A stretch of DNA of 64,000 nucleotides from NCBI GenBank assembly GCA_965228735.1, contig OZ245838.1:1952001-2016000 (forward strand), read 5' to 3'. This document shows, piece by piece, positions 27,501 through 38,503 of this stretch (within the stretch, counting starts at the first letter, position 1; each line of letters opens with the position of its first letter). Both the position numbers and the translations under genes were made by a program. The notes under the pieces were generated by a model. The model saw only the letters and a program-made list of their open reading frames with translations, had not been told where the DNA came from and made no database searches. Origin of the DNA: Planctomycetota bacterium (lineage in GTDB: Bacteria > Planctomycetota > UBA1135 > UBA2386).

Positions 27501-30297
27501 GCCCAAGGGCGGGTCCGGCCCGTCCCGCCCCGACGACGAGGCCCAGTTCGAGACCCAGCTCGAGCAGCTGCTCGAGAGCTGGTTCCTGCGCCTCGAAAAC
27601 GGCGAAACGCCCGCACCCGACCCGACGGCGCACTGCGCCGAGCATCCGCACATCCTCGCCGCGTTCCTGCGCGTGCTCGGCCATTCGGAAGCCGTCGAGC
27701 ACATGCTCGGCAGCGGCAAGCCCGAGAGCGACCCGGACCGTTCGATGCCAGAACGGCTCGGCGAGTTCGAGGTGCTGCTGCCGATCGGCAGCGGCGGCGC
27801 GGGTAACGTCTACCTGGCGCGCCAGACCTCGCTGCAGCGGCTCGTCGCCCTGAAGGTCCTGCGCCCGAGCGGCGACCTGCGCAGTCGTCAGCGACTGCGT
27901 CGCGAGGCCGAGGTCGCGGCCTCGCTCGAGCACCCCGGGATCGTGCCGATCTACGGCGTCGGCGAGGACGGCGACCGCGCGTGGATCGCGATGAAGTGGC
28001 TCACCGGTCCGGCGCTCGACCAGGTCGACGCGCCGCTCGACAGCAAGCGCGCGGCGACGATCGTGGCCGCGGCCGCGCGCGCGCTGCACGAGGCCCACAC
28101 GGTCGGCATCGTCCACCGTGACATCAAACCGTCGAACCTCGTCCTCGATCAGGAGAGTCCGTGCATCGTCGACTTCGGCCTGGCCCGCGACGGCGACCAG
28201 ACCGTACGGACGACGCTCGAAGGCCACGTCGCGGGCACGCTGCTCTACATGTCACCGGAGCAGCTCAGCAGCGGTGGCGGCTCGACGACGACGCTCGACG
28301 CGCGCACGGACATCTACTCGCTCGGCGCGACGCTCTACGAGCTGCTGGCCGGACGCCCGCCGTTCGAGGAGGACCTGCCGGCCAAGGTCATCCACCGGAT
28401 CCTGTACAGCGAACCACCGGCGCTCGAACGGATCGCCGGCATCGACCGCGACCTCGCGACGATCACCGGGCGCGCCCTCGACAAGGACCGCGAACGCCGC
28501 TTCTCGAGCGCGCTCGCGATGGCCGAGGACCTCGAGCGCTACCTCGCGGGCGAGTCGATCCTCTCGCGACCCGTCGGCCTGACGACGCAGCTCGTTCGAT
28601 TCACGCGCAAGAACCGGCGAGCGACGATCACCGTAGCCTGCGCCGGGCTCGTCGCGATCGTGCTCGCGATCGTCCTCGCCTGGAACGTGCAGCAGCAGAG
28701 TCTCACGCGCGCGGCGACGCTCGCCGACGTCGCGACGCGCATCGACAGCGGCGAACTGCTCGTCGCGCGCGGCCTGCTCGCGCCGCTCCTGGCCGAGGAC
28801 GGCGGCGACGCCGAAGACCTGAACGAGCTGCACGCCCGACTCGTGGCCTGCGAGCGCCTCGAGGACCTGCTCGACCAGGTGCAGGCGTTGCCCGAGGACA
28901 CCATCGGCCCGGAGCTCGAAACGGCACTGGCCGGCCTCGTCGACGACGACCTGCCCGCCGACCGCCGCCTCGCCGCGCGTTTCGTGCGGCCGCTCGGACT
29001 CGCGCTCGCCGGCAAGGTCGATGACGCGATCCCGCTCGCCCGCGCGCTGCCCGAGGGTCGCGCGCGCACGGCGCTGATGCTCGCATTCGGCGGCCACGAG
29101 ACCTGGGACCTGCCGGCGAGCGACGACTCGGCCGATCCGCCGCTCGAACACCTGTTCACGGTGCTCGCGATGCGGTTCGCGAACCGCCCCCTGCCCGAGC
29201 GCCGGGCCGAGATCGATCGCGGCCGAGCGATCGCGTTCGGCGATCCGCGCCTGCGGCTGCAGCACGCGATCCAGTACATCAACGACGACGAGCACCGGCT
29301 GGCCTACGAAGCCCTCAGCGGCGTGCGGCGCGACGGCTCCTACCCGCTCATCGTGCGTCGCCTGCTCATGCGCGAGGCCGTCTGGGTCGATGACCCGGTC
29401 GCGGCGAGATCGCACCTCGACGCGTTGCTGCGCGACTTCCCGCGCGCGAGCTGGTCAGCGTTCGAATCGGCCAGCGTGCTCGAGACGCAGTACTGGCTCG
29501 ACGTGGTCGATCCCGACCTGCTCGCGTGGGCGCGCGACCGATGGCCCGAGAACTGGCTCATCGCCGTGGTCGCGGCCCGAGAACTCGTCACCTCGGACTG
29601 GCAGGCTGCTGCCGCGTTGCTCGCGGACACCGACCAGTTCGCTCGCAACCCCGATCAACGCGAAGAATCGGTACTGCTGCGGCTCTACGCCCTCGCTGCC
29701 CCGCTCCGGAGTTTCTGGGCGCCGACCCAGACCGAGCCGAGCACCGACGAGGCCGAACGGCTCGAGGAACTCGAGCAGGCAGCTGCCGACTTCGCCGAGA
29801 CGGCCACCGATCCCGAGCGCATGGTCGCCGCCAGGATCGTGCAGTCCCGATCCCGGCTCGCTCGCGGCGACTGGGAAGGCGCATTCGCCACGCTCGAGGC
29901 GATCACCGTGGACCCGGCGCCCGAGAAGACCCTCGAACTCGGCATCCACGCGCACAACTGGTTCGCGCACGAGACCCGCAGGGTGCAGGCGTCACCGTGG
30001 GGCCTCGCGATGCTCGAACGTGCCGAGGCGACGTACGGCGGCCGCTACAACCAACGGATGCGCGCGCTCCAAACGGTGTTCGCCGAACTGCTCTCGTCGA
30101 TGCCGAGTCGCCAGCGCATTCTCGGTCGTCCGAGCCGCGCGCTGGCCTACCTGCTGCATGCGGAGTTCTCGCTGTTTGCCCGCGATCCGGACGCCGCTCG
30201 CGAGTCCGTCGAACGAGCGCGTCCGCTCATCTCCCCCGAACTGGACTCGGGCGAGTCGGGCATGCTGCAGATCATCGAACGCCTGTTGTCACGCTGA
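27490..30297 (+). CDS. Hanks-type Ser/Thr protein kinase with TM helix and helical/TPR-like C-terminus
   Basis: GSGGAG, VALK, HRDIKPSN, DFG, GTLLYMSPEQ, DIYSLG. Overlaps the 3' end of the ECF gene. Confidence 0.93.
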   Translation: MPAEPKGGSGPSRPDDEAQFETQLEQLLESWFLRLENGETPAPDPTAHCAEHPHILAAFLRVLGHSEAVEHMLGSGKPESDPDRSMPERLGEFEVLLPIGSGGAGNVYLARQTSLQRLVALKVLRPSGDLRSRQRLRREAEVAASLEHPGIVPIYGVGEDGDRAWIAMKWLTGPALDQVDAPLDSKRAATIVAAAARALHEAHTVGIVHRDIKPSNLVLDQESPCIVDFGLARDGDQTVRTTLEGHVAGTLLYMSPEQLSSGGGSTTTLDARTDIYSLGATLYELLAGRPPFEEDLPAKVIHRILYSEPPALERIAGIDRDLATITGRALDKDRERRFSSALAMAEDLERYLAGESILSRPVGLTTQLVRFTRKNRRATITVACAGLVAIVLAIVLAWNVQQQSLTRAATLADVATRIDSGELLVARGLLAPLLAEDGGDAEDLNELHARLVACERLEDLLDQVQALPEDTIGPELETALAGLVDDDLPADRRLAARFVRPLGLALAGKVDDAIPLARALPEGRARTALMLAFGGHETWDLPASDDSADPPLEHLFTVLAMRFANRPLPERRAEIDRGRAIAFGDPRLRLQHAIQYINDDEHRLAYEALSGVRRDGSYPLIVRRLLMREAVWVDDPVAARSHLDALLRDFPRASWSAFESASVLETQYWLDVVDPDLLAWARDRWPENWLIAVVAARELVTSDWQAAAALLADTDQFARNPDQREESVLLRLYALAAPLRSFWAPTQTEPSTDEAERLEELEQAAADFAETATDPERMVAARIVQSRSRLARGDWEGAFATLEAITVDPAPEKTLELGIHAHNWFAHETRRVQASPWGLAMLERAEATYGGRYNQRMRALQTVFAELLSSMPSRQRILGRPSRALAYLLHAEFSLFARDPDAARESVERARPLISPELDSGESGMLQIIERLLSR

Positions 30298-30620
30298 CCG
30301 CCGTGACTCTGGTGTCGGGTGCCAGAAGTTCGTATTCGGCGGCGCTCGAGGACGTTGCGCGCCTGCTCCGATCGCGGCATCGACAGGCGGCACCGCGGCC
30401 TCAACCCCCGCCGCAACCGCCGGTTCGGCGGCGGCCATGCAGCAGGCGCCCAGCAGGCACGGTTGCGCTGCGCGGGATCGGCGCCATCCGCCTGCCCTCG
30501 ATCGGTCCGCGCAGTGCCCTTGACCGCTCTGCGCAGGGTGTTTAGCGAAGAACGAAGCAGCGCCGGTTCGACGTTCGGACCATCACGGCGCCGCGCCACC
30601 GCTCCCTCAGTCTCACTGCC

Positions 30621-31607
30621 ATGCTCAGAACCTCGCTTCGCACCGTCGTAGCCGCGCTGCTTGCGCTGGCGCTCCTGCAGAGCGCCATCGTCGGCCAGAC
30701 CTACTTCCACATTCCGTCCGACACCCCCGCCACCGGCACGTGCAACGTGTTCCCGTGGGGCCAGTCGAGCACCCGCCACCAGCACATCGTCACGGCCGCC
30801 GAGCTCGGCAACGCCGCCACGACGATCAACGACATCGCGTACGCGGCGTGCAACAACGGCACGTTCACGTGCTCGCAGATCCTGATCCGGATGGATCACT
30901 ACACGGGCACGACACTGAACGGAACGTTCGCCTCGAACCTGTCGGCGAACCCGACGACCGTGCTCAACGCGACCAATTGGAGCTACCCGTACGCCCAGCA
31001 CACCTGGGTCGACGTCGGCCTGACGAACCCGTTCAGCTACGACCCGTCGCTCGGCAACCTCGTGATCGACATCGAGTTCTGCGGCGCGTCCGGCGGCAAC
31101 TCGTTCCATCGTGACATCTCACCGCGCTGCTGGAGCAACGGCGGTCCCTGCCCGTCGAACGCGTCCGGCACGGCCGCGATCGGCGCCCTCAAGGTGCGGG
31201 TCTCGACGGGCACCGACGGCAACCACTCGGTGTACGGCCAGGGATGCGGCACGCCCGCGCTGACGCTCTCCGGTTCGGGCATCCCGAACATCGGCGCCAA
31301 CTCGACGACGATCCTGAGCAACGGCACGCCGTCCGCGCTTGCCGCCTACGGCGTCGGCCTGTTCTCGGCGAACACCAGCCTTGCCAGCATCGGCGCACCG
31401 GGCTGCACGATGTACACGAACCCGATCGCGACCGTGCTCGTGGCGCTCGACGGCTCGGGCACCGCGCCGCCGTTCGACATTCCGATTCCGAACAACGCGT
31501 CGTTCGTCGGCGTCATGCTCTACACGTCGGGGGCCTCGGTCGACCCGCCGCAGAACGCCGCGGGTCTGACCACGGCGAACGGCATCGAGACCAGGATCGG
31601 CATGTGA
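30621..31607 (+). CDS. Secreted hypothetical protein with shared C-terminal domain
   Basis: Signal peptide, N/T/G/C-rich body, C-terminal YGQGC...APGC...IPNNASFVG...NAAGLTTANG...IG. Confidence 0.7.
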   Translation: MLRTSLRTVVAALLALALLQSAIVGQTYFHIPSDTPATGTCNVFPWGQSSTRHQHIVTAAELGNAATTINDIAYAACNNGTFTCSQILIRMDHYTGTTLNGTFASNLSANPTTVLNATNWSYPYAQHTWVDVGLTNPFSYDPSLGNLVIDIEFCGASGGNSFHRDISPRCWSNGGPCPSNASGTAAIGALKVRVSTGTDGNHSVYGQGCGTPALTLSGSGIPNIGANSTTILSNGTPSALAAYGVGLFSANTSLASIGAPGCTMYTNPIATVLVALDGSGTAPPFDIPIPNNASFVGVMLYTSGASVDPPQNAAGLTTANGIETRIGM

Positions 31608-31673
31608 CGCCGATCGACGGCCGCGGCGCGCCTGCGGTCGTCGCGCAGCGCCGAACCGCTGCCGGCCAGCGCG

Positions 31674-32888
31674 CTACTGACCGGCGCCCTGCGGCGTTCC
31701 GTGATCCACGATCACGTCCGCGACCTTCTCGAACGTCGGGTTGAGATCGTCGCGGGCATGGACCTCGCCAGAGTCGACCGTCGCATCCAAGAACACGCAA
31801 TAGCGCCCGGGCTCGTCCTCCAACGGCGCGGGATAGGCCGGGAACTCGACGACACCACCGCCCTTTCGGGGGAACCGGAGAACGAACCCGGCAGCCGCGT
31901 GCATCGCGGTGAAGTAGACGCGCGAGTTCGGCAGGAGCGGCTCGGCTTCCAATTCGTTGAAGCCATACCCGAGCTCGCCGTAGCGAATGATGATCTTCGC
32001 CGTCGCGCTGCCGCCGTAGAACGGCACGAGACCGGCCTGGCCTGCGAGGTCGGGCGCGTCGTCGTCATCGAGGATGTGGATCTCAGGGCTCATCTCCGGC
32101 GCTCGCAGCGCGATCGCCTGGATGCTCGCCGCGATCGCGCCCGTCGAGATGACCGACGTCCAACCATCCGAGGCGAAGAACAGCGCCGCGTGGGTAGTCG
32201 TGCCATCGTAGTAGATCGACTGTGCGGTGATGCCGTGACGAATCGTCGCGATCGTGTCGAACGTGGTGGCGTCCGTGGGAACTTCGCTCTGGTCGGCGAG
32301 CAGGCGGTGCCAGGCAGCGCGGTGCGACTGCCCGAGACTGCTCGTCCAAAGCGGCGAGTCGGCGCGCCAGACCCGGCCGCTCCGCTCCATCCCCCCCGTC
32401 GGGAACTCCGGGGACAGGATGGGCTGCCCCCACGTGAGGACCTCCGACGGCGCCGGAAGGCCGGAGCCGCCCGTCATCAGGCTGGCCATCTGCTGCACGG
32501 TGTGCTTGCGATCGACAACGTGATCGAAGACCCCGGTGCCCGAAGCCGCTCCGTGCCAGAAGATCTGACTCAGCGTTCCCGAGTCGCCGGCGTCCAGGAA
32601 ATACATCCAGTTGGACAGGCCCTCCGTATCGCGGACGTCGATGTTGAGAACGGGGTGGACCCACCCCCCCTCGTAGCCATCGACCCGAATGCGAAACTCA
32701 GCCGTCTCGAACGGGAACTCGACCGAGGACCCCGACGCCGGCTCGAAGGCCAGACCCGGACCGAAGGCGATGCCGAGATCGACCGCAGCGTAGTCGGCTT
32801 GCCCAACCTGCACGCCCTGTGCCGAGATGAGTGGCGCGAGGACAAGGGTCGAAAGAACGGTGAACGGACAGGCGAGTATCAGGCGCAT
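31674..32888 (-). CDS. Secreted hypothetical protein
   Basis: MRLILACPF...ISA|Q signal peptide and a natural amino-acid composition. No family recognised. Confidence 0.55.
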   Translation of the reverse strand: MRLILACPFTVLSTLVLAPLISAQGVQVGQADYAAVDLGIAFGPGLAFEPASGSSVEFPFETAEFRIRVDGYEGGWVHPVLNIDVRDTEGLSNWMYFLDAGDSGTLSQIFWHGAASGTGVFDHVVDRKHTVQQMASLMTGGSGLPAPSEVLTWGQPILSPEFPTGGMERSGRVWRADSPLWTSSLGQSHRAAWHRLLADQSEVPTDATTFDTIATIRHGITAQSIYYDGTTTHAALFFASDGWTSVISTGAIAASIQAIALRAPEMSPEIHILDDDDAPDLAGQAGLVPFYGGSATAKIIIRYGELGYGFNELEAEPLLPNSRVYFTAMHAAAGFVLRFPRKGGGVVEFPAYPAPLEDEPGRYCVFLDATVDSGEVHARDDLNPTFEKVADVIVDHGTPQGAGQ

Positions 32889-33076
32889 AGGTCTGTAGCA
32901 GTGCGTAACGGCGAAGGAGCGAACGGCGACCAAACCGCGTGACGCCATTCCGGCGGCCCCGTCACGCCGATTCCGGGAATCTTACCGGGTCGCTCCGCCA
33001 AGACCCGAAGAACCTGCCAAACCTCGGCTTACATCCGCTCGTCGAACGGTATCCGCGACCGCACGGACACCCTGGA

Positions 33077-35584
33077 TCAGCGCCGAATGACGTTGCGGTC
33101 GACCGCCGTGAAGCCGCCACGCAGCGCCCCGGTCGTCTGCACGGCGACCCCCTGAACGTCGAACCGGACGCCGACGAACCCCGGATCCGCGGGCAGCGCG
33201 AACGCGACCGGCTGCCCCATCGAGACGACCGAGGGCGGCAGCGGCACGTTCGGGAAACCGAGCAGCGCGACGCCGAGACCGGGCACGAACAGGGTGCCGC
33301 CCGGCGACAGGCTGATCACGACGGCGCCGATGCCGCCGAGGCCTTGCAGGGTGAAGGTCGTCACGGTTCCGAGCCGCGGCTCCCCGCTGGCGGACATCGC
33401 GTAGGCCGCGCGCTCGAAGGCGCCCATGTCGGGTTGCACCGTGCCCGTCAGCGCATGGTCCTGGATGCGCGAGGTCTCGGCGTGATCCTTGCCGACGGCC
33501 AGCGCGGTCGCGAAGTCGGCGACGTCGAGACAGGGCGACGACGGCTGCAGCCGGACATCGCCCGCCGCCGCGTTCACGAACTGCGGCGCGACCGCGAGGT
33601 TGCCGTTCTGCCCGGCGAAGCCGCCGTTGGTGTGCCAGACGTCGGCCGCGACGAATGCCTGCAGGTTGCCACCCGCATTGTTCCAGGCGATCGAGTTTCG
33701 CACCTGACCCGTGCCGCCGCTGCTCTTCACGATGCCGAATCCGGAGCAGCCCGTCACGGTCGCGTGCCGCACGTCGACGGTCGCCGAGTGCAGCTGGATG
33801 CCGTCGGTGGCCGCGTCGATGACGACGAGGTTGTCGCAGGCGACGGCCCGCGAGAGCCGCAGACCGGCAGACCCAGAAGACTCGATGCGCACCTGCCGCA
33901 GTTCGTAGGTCGGAGACAGGCACTCGATCGCGTTGCTGCTGCGGCCCGCGAAGCGGACGCGCACGTTCTCGCACCGGCCGAGCGCACTCGTCGTCCCGCC
34001 GCCGAGCCAGAGGCGCTCCCAGTCACCGGCCGCCGGCTGCGTCGCGTTGCCATCGCCGTTGGTGTCGCCGCCGAACGCGTCGTCCCGCAGCGAGGTCAGC
34101 ACCACGGGCCGCCTGGCCGTGCCGAGCAGGTCGAGCCGACCGCCCGAGTTGACGCTGAAGCCGTTGTTGAAGTTGAAGTTGCTCCACTTCACGACGACCC
34201 CGGCGCCGATCTGCAACGCGCCGCCGTTGTTGATCGTCACGCGACCGGCGACCTCGATCACCTCACCCGGGAAGTTGCTCGGATCGATGGCGCTGACGTC
34301 GTTCACGAAGCCGCCATCGACGAGGAAGTGGTCGCCCGCGCCGTTGCCGCTCGCGGTGTTGCCGTGGCTCGCCGCGAGCTCGGTCCAGGCGACGCCGACG
34401 ACCGGCAACCCGGCGTTGTCCTGTAGCGCGCAGTCGACGAGCCGCGCCGGCGGGTTCGCCGTGTTGTTGAATTGCACGCCGTTGCCGATGCCGTGCTCCA
34501 CGACACAACCGGTGAACGTCGCCGACGAGCCCGACAGCGTCACCGCGGACGGACCGGCGGCGTACCGCACGAACGTGTGCGTGAACGTCGAGTCGTCCCC
34601 GGTCTGCAACTGGAGTCCCCACCAGTCGCCCGGCTGCGCGGTCACGGCGCTGCCGTTCTTCAGCGTGTCGCCGCCGAACATGTCGTCGTGGATCGAGGTC
34701 AGGACGACGGGCGATGCCGGCGTCCCCTGGGCATCGATCGTGCCGCCGTTCGAAGTGATGAGGCCGCTGCTGACCTCGTGCTTGATCACCGTGCCGGCCG
34801 GCAGCGTGAGCGTCACGCCGCTCGGCACCCGCGGCGAACGAGCGGAATTGATCGAGACGACGAACACGCCGTTGCCATTGATCGAGTACGCCGGGTCGAA
34901 CGTCAGATCCTGGGTGAGCTGCACCGCATCGGTGATGCGCGCGTAGTCACCGCGCGCACAGTTGACCGCCGTGTTGCCGGAGAACAGCGGCAGCCGTTTG
35001 AGGTCGAAAGCGTTCACCGGGATGCCCCCGAGATCCTCGAAGTGGCAGTCGATCACGGTCGCGCGGTGACCGCTGCCGATGCCGTCGTTCGCGGCATCGA
35101 AGAAATCGCAATCCCGGATCGTCGCCGGCTGGTGACGCAGCGCCAGCATCGGACGGTTGTTGGCGCCGCCCCAGCGGAAGTTGCAGTGCTCGAACTCGAC
35201 GGAGCCGAAGTTCTCGATGTCGTTCCAGTCGCCGGGTGACGGCACGGTGGCGCCGCCGTTGCCGTTGGTGTCGCCGCCCGCCGCGTCGTCGTGAACGGAC
35301 GTGAACTCGATCTCGCTGACGGCCGTACCGATCGCGCGCAGGGTGCCGGAGATGCTCACGCAGCCGTCGATCTTGACGATCGCGCCCGGCTGCACGGTGA
35401 GGACCTGGCCCAGCGGCACGCTGATGCCGCAGTGCCCGGCCCCGCCGACGACGTGGTAGACCAAACCCGACGCGAGCGGTCCACCGTTGCCGTCCCAGAT
35501 CGGACCATTGATCAGGATCGGAGTCTGGGCGAGCGCGGTGGCCGAGGCCAGCACGGGCAGGAGGCGCAGGATCAGGTGCTTCAT
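33077..35584 (-). CDS. Secreted right-handed beta-helix repeat protein
   Basis: Signal peptide from ATG 35584. Three copies of (F/L)TSxxDDxxGGDT...GDW, then SPCLD...DMGAFE and the shared C-terminal domain. Confidence 0.8.
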   Translation of the reverse strand: MKHLILRLLPVLASATALAQTPILINGPIWDGNGGPLASGLVYHVVGGAGHCGISVPLGQVLTVQPGAIVKIDGCVSISGTLRAIGTAVSEIEFTSVHDDAAGGDTNGNGGATVPSPGDWNDIENFGSVEFEHCNFRWGGANNRPMLALRHQPATIRDCDFFDAANDGIGSGHRATVIDCHFEDLGGIPVNAFDLKRLPLFSGNTAVNCARGDYARITDAVQLTQDLTFDPAYSINGNGVFVVSINSARSPRVPSGVTLTLPAGTVIKHEVSSGLITSNGGTIDAQGTPASPVVLTSIHDDMFGGDTLKNGSAVTAQPGDWWGLQLQTGDDSTFTHTFVRYAAGPSAVTLSGSSATFTGCVVEHGIGNGVQFNNTANPPARLVDCALQDNAGLPVVGVAWTELAASHGNTASGNGAGDHFLVDGGFVNDVSAIDPSNFPGEVIEVAGRVTINNGGALQIGAGVVVKWSNFNFNNGFSVNSGGRLDLLGTARRPVVLTSLRDDAFGGDTNGDGNATQPAAGDWERLWLGGGTTSALGRCENVRVRFAGRSSNAIECLSPTYELRQVRIESSGSAGLRLSRAVACDNLVVIDAATDGIQLHSATVDVRHATVTGCSGFGIVKSSGGTGQVRNSIAWNNAGGNLQAFVAADVWHTNGGFAGQNGNLAVAPQFVNAAAGDVRLQPSSPCLDVADFATALAVGKDHAETSRIQDHALTGTVQPDMGAFERAAYAMSASGEPRLGTVTTFTLQGLGGIGAVVISLSPGGTLFVPGLGVALLGFPNVPLPPSVVSMGQPVAFALPADPGFVGVRFDVQGVAVQTTGALRGGFTAVDRNVIRR

Positions 35585-35735
35585 CTCGATTCGGCAGCGG
35601 CAGCAGGTCGCGGCAACCGCCATCTTTCCGCAAATGAGCCCAGACCGCTCGCTCCGCCGCCCCGCGCCGCCGCGGACCGCAACGATCGACCCGCCGAGCC
35701 GCATCCGGGCGTTCGGCCTGCTACCGTGGGCGGTC

Positions 35736-36557
35736 ATGCAGACCCCTTCCGCTGCAGTAGCTCGGCGCGCCGCCGCACTCGCCCTCGCGCTGCTGACCCT
35801 GACGGCGGCCGCATGCCACAGCGCCCCGGATTGCAAAAAGGTCGCGCTCCGGGTCATGGCCTACAACGTCAAGCACGGTCGCGGCATGGACGATGCGATC
35901 GACCTCGCTCGGATCGCCGCGGTGATCCGCACCGCAGCCCCCGACGTCGTCACGCTGCAGGAGATCGACAAACTCTGCGGCCGCAGCGGCGAGGTCGACC
36001 AGGCCGCGCGGCTCGCCGAGCTGTGTGGCGGCATGCATCATGCGTTCGGCGCGTTCATGGACTACGACGGCGGCGAGTACGGCATGGCGATCCTGTCGCG
36101 CTACCCGATCCGCCGGGCGACGAACGTGCGGCTGCCGCCCGGCGCCGAACCCCGCACCGCGCTCGAGGTCCGGATCATGGCCCCCGGCGAACGCGAGGTC
36201 ATCGTGACCGGCGTGCACCTCTACCGCACCGAGGCCGAGCGGCTCGCGCAGGCCGAGATGCTCGCCGATCTCTACGTCGACGCGAACGTGCCCGTCGTGC
36301 TCGCGGGCGACTTCAACTCACTTCCTGGCACCGCGGTCATGCAGCGGCTCGCCGCGGACTTCCGGATCGCGGAGAAGACCGGCGCGGCCGCGACGTTCCC
36401 CGCCGACGCGCCCGACCGCGAGATCGACTTCGTGCTCGCCGCGCCGCGCGATCGCGTCGTGATCGACGCGCACCACGTCGTCGCCGAGCCCGTGGCGTCC
36501 GACCATCGCCCGATCGTCGCCGATCTGACGCTCCTCGCCCCTGCGGCCGCTCGCTGA
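35736..36557 (+). CDS. Endonuclease/exonuclease/phosphatase family lipoprotein
   Basis: AYNVKHG, LQEID, GDFN, IDF and SDHRP motifs. Lipobox AAAC. Confidence 0.9.
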   Translation: MQTPSAAVARRAAALALALLTLTAAACHSAPDCKKVALRVMAYNVKHGRGMDDAIDLARIAAVIRTAAPDVVTLQEIDKLCGRSGEVDQAARLAELCGGMHHAFGAFMDYDGGEYGMAILSRYPIRRATNVRLPPGAEPRTALEVRIMAPGEREVIVTGVHLYRTEAERLAQAEMLADLYVDANVPVVLAGDFNSLPGTAVMQRLAADFRIAEKTGAAATFPADAPDREIDFVLAAPRDRVVIDAHHVVAEPVASDHRPIVADLTLLAPAAAR

Positions 36558-36585
36558 ACCGCCCTCGCCCCCGACCGTTCGCCCC

Positions 36586-38325
36586 GTGATGCCCCGATCC
36601 CGCACTGTCGCTCTCATCCTCTTCGCCGTTCTCGGACTCGGAACGAGCGCCACGGCGCAGCGACCCGCGCCCGTCGAACTGCCCCGCGTGCTCCGACTCG
36701 GCCCGATCCCGGCCGCGCTGCCGGTCATGATCCTGACCCGCGACGGCCGGCTCGCGAAGCCGTCGGGACAGGCCGAGAACCCGCCGGCGGTCCTGCTCCG
36801 CATCGACCGAGGCACGCCGCTGCGCGGGGTGACGAAGCTGCTGGCGAAACTCGCGAGCGGCGGCACCGGAACGGCCCACTTCGCGGCCGCCCTGCCCGAC
36901 GGGGCCGAAGGTTGTTTCACGCTCGCGCTGCCGGGCGAGGACGCCCAGGCCAACATCGCGGTCGATCTGCATCGCCGCCGCACGGGCGTACCGCCGACGA
37001 GCCTGACGCCGGTGCTGCGCCGGCTGCGCGAGTGGCGCGCCAAGGACCGGTTCCAGGTCGGCGTCAGCGCGCCGCCGGACTCGGAGTGGGGTGACGTGCT
37101 GGCCGTGCTCGCGGCCGTGGCCGCCGCGGGCGTCGAGAGCGCGCTCGTGCGAACGTCCGACACCGGCCCGGGTGGCCGGCGACCCGGCGAGGTCGACGGC
37201 GGCCTCGGCGCCCTCGCCGGCGCGCTCGGCGCCGATGCCGCGGATCCCGAAGCGGTGCGCACGAGCGGCGCGTTCGCGATCGACGTCGGGCCCGAACCGC
37301 GGCTCGTGATCAGCGCTCGCGCCGTGCCGCAGCCGCGGCCGGGAATCGGCGAACGAGCCGTTGGTTTCGTCGCGACGCCGACGTTCGTGCCCGGTCCGCC
37401 CGAGATTCGCGGCGGCGCGGGCGGGCGCTACGGCGGTCGCGGCGGCCGCGGCGGCCGGCGCGCGGGCTACGGGGAGAACATCGCGGCCGCGATCGGGTAT
37501 CTGATCGGTCAACAACTGGAGAACGGCGCGTTCCCCGGCCCGGACGGCACGGCCGACGTCGCGACGACCGCGCTCGTCCTGCTCACCCTGCTCGGCAACG
37601 GCAACACGATGATCAGCGGACCGCACCAGGCGCCGACTTCGCGCGCGGCCGGTTTCCTGCTCGAACGCCAGCAGGACGACGGCACGTTCCCGACGTCCCA
37701 CGCGGACTCGCATCTGGCCCACGCGCTGGCGACGTACGCGATGGCCGAGGCCTACGGCCTGTCCGCCCAGCCGCTGCTCGCGGGCAGCGTCCAGGCCGCG
37801 GTGAACCAGCTCGCCGACGCGCTCGATCCGGCCGGCGGGCTCGGCCCGGCGCCGGGCCGATCGCCGGATGTCCGCACGACCGCCTTGGCGCACGTCGCGA
37901 TCGGCTCGGCGCAGTTCTTCGCCATCGCCTCGCCGCGCGACCCGAAGGGCCTGGTGGCCTGGTTCGATCGCGTCGATTCGGCGACCGGGCCGGCCGGCGA
38001 CCTCGCGACCAGGCACTTCTGCCGGTTCTTCGGCGGCCAAGCGAAGACTGCGGCCACGACGAAGGCCGCAGAACGGGTCGCGGAGACCGCCGACGCGAGC
38101 CGGCCGTGGGACGCCTACTGGGCCACCTACATGTTGTTCCAGGTCGGTGGCGCGCCGTGGAAGGACTGGACGGAGAAGCTCGCCGAACTCGCGGGCCGGC
38201 AACTCGAACGCGGTGACGATGCCGGCAGCTGGCCCGCCGCCGACGGCGAGACCAGGATCACGACGACCGCGCTCCACACGCTCGCGCTGCAGGGGCTCTA
38301 CCGCTACACCCGGCTCGTCCGCTGA
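36586..38325 (+). CDS. Secreted protein with ExbD-like N-terminal segments and a prenyltransferase/squalene-cyclase-like alpha-barrel
   Basis: Signal peptide. LLRIDRGTP...KLL and VSAPPDSEWGDVLAVL...AG segments. QW-like repeats QQLENGAF, RQQDDGTF and GSWP. Confidence 0.6.
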   Translation: MMPRSRTVALILFAVLGLGTSATAQRPAPVELPRVLRLGPIPAALPVMILTRDGRLAKPSGQAENPPAVLLRIDRGTPLRGVTKLLAKLASGGTGTAHFAAALPDGAEGCFTLALPGEDAQANIAVDLHRRRTGVPPTSLTPVLRRLREWRAKDRFQVGVSAPPDSEWGDVLAVLAAVAAAGVESALVRTSDTGPGGRRPGEVDGGLGALAGALGADAADPEAVRTSGAFAIDVGPEPRLVISARAVPQPRPGIGERAVGFVATPTFVPGPPEIRGGAGGRYGGRGGRGGRRAGYGENIAAAIGYLIGQQLENGAFPGPDGTADVATTALVLLTLLGNGNTMISGPHQAPTSRAAGFLLERQQDDGTFPTSHADSHLAHALATYAMAEAYGLSAQPLLAGSVQAAVNQLADALDPAGGLGPAPGRSPDVRTTALAHVAIGSAQFFAIASPRDPKGLVAWFDRVDSATGPAGDLATRHFCRFFGGQAKTAATTKAAERVAETADASRPWDAYWATYMLFQVGGAPWKDWTEKLAELAGRQLERGDDAGSWPAADGETRITTTALHTLALQGLYRYTRLVR

Positions 38326-38503
38326 CCCAACGCGTTGCGGCTCGGCGATCGGGCCGGCGAAGCGAAGCGCTCGCGGTTTTCCACATTCGACGGCGGCGCT
38401 GATTTTTTTGCGTGCGCGGTGCAACGTCGCGACCTTCCCGGAGTAGTTAAGGTTGCGAGGACAGCACTGGTCCAAATACCAATCGCTATCTCGACAACAG
38501 CCC

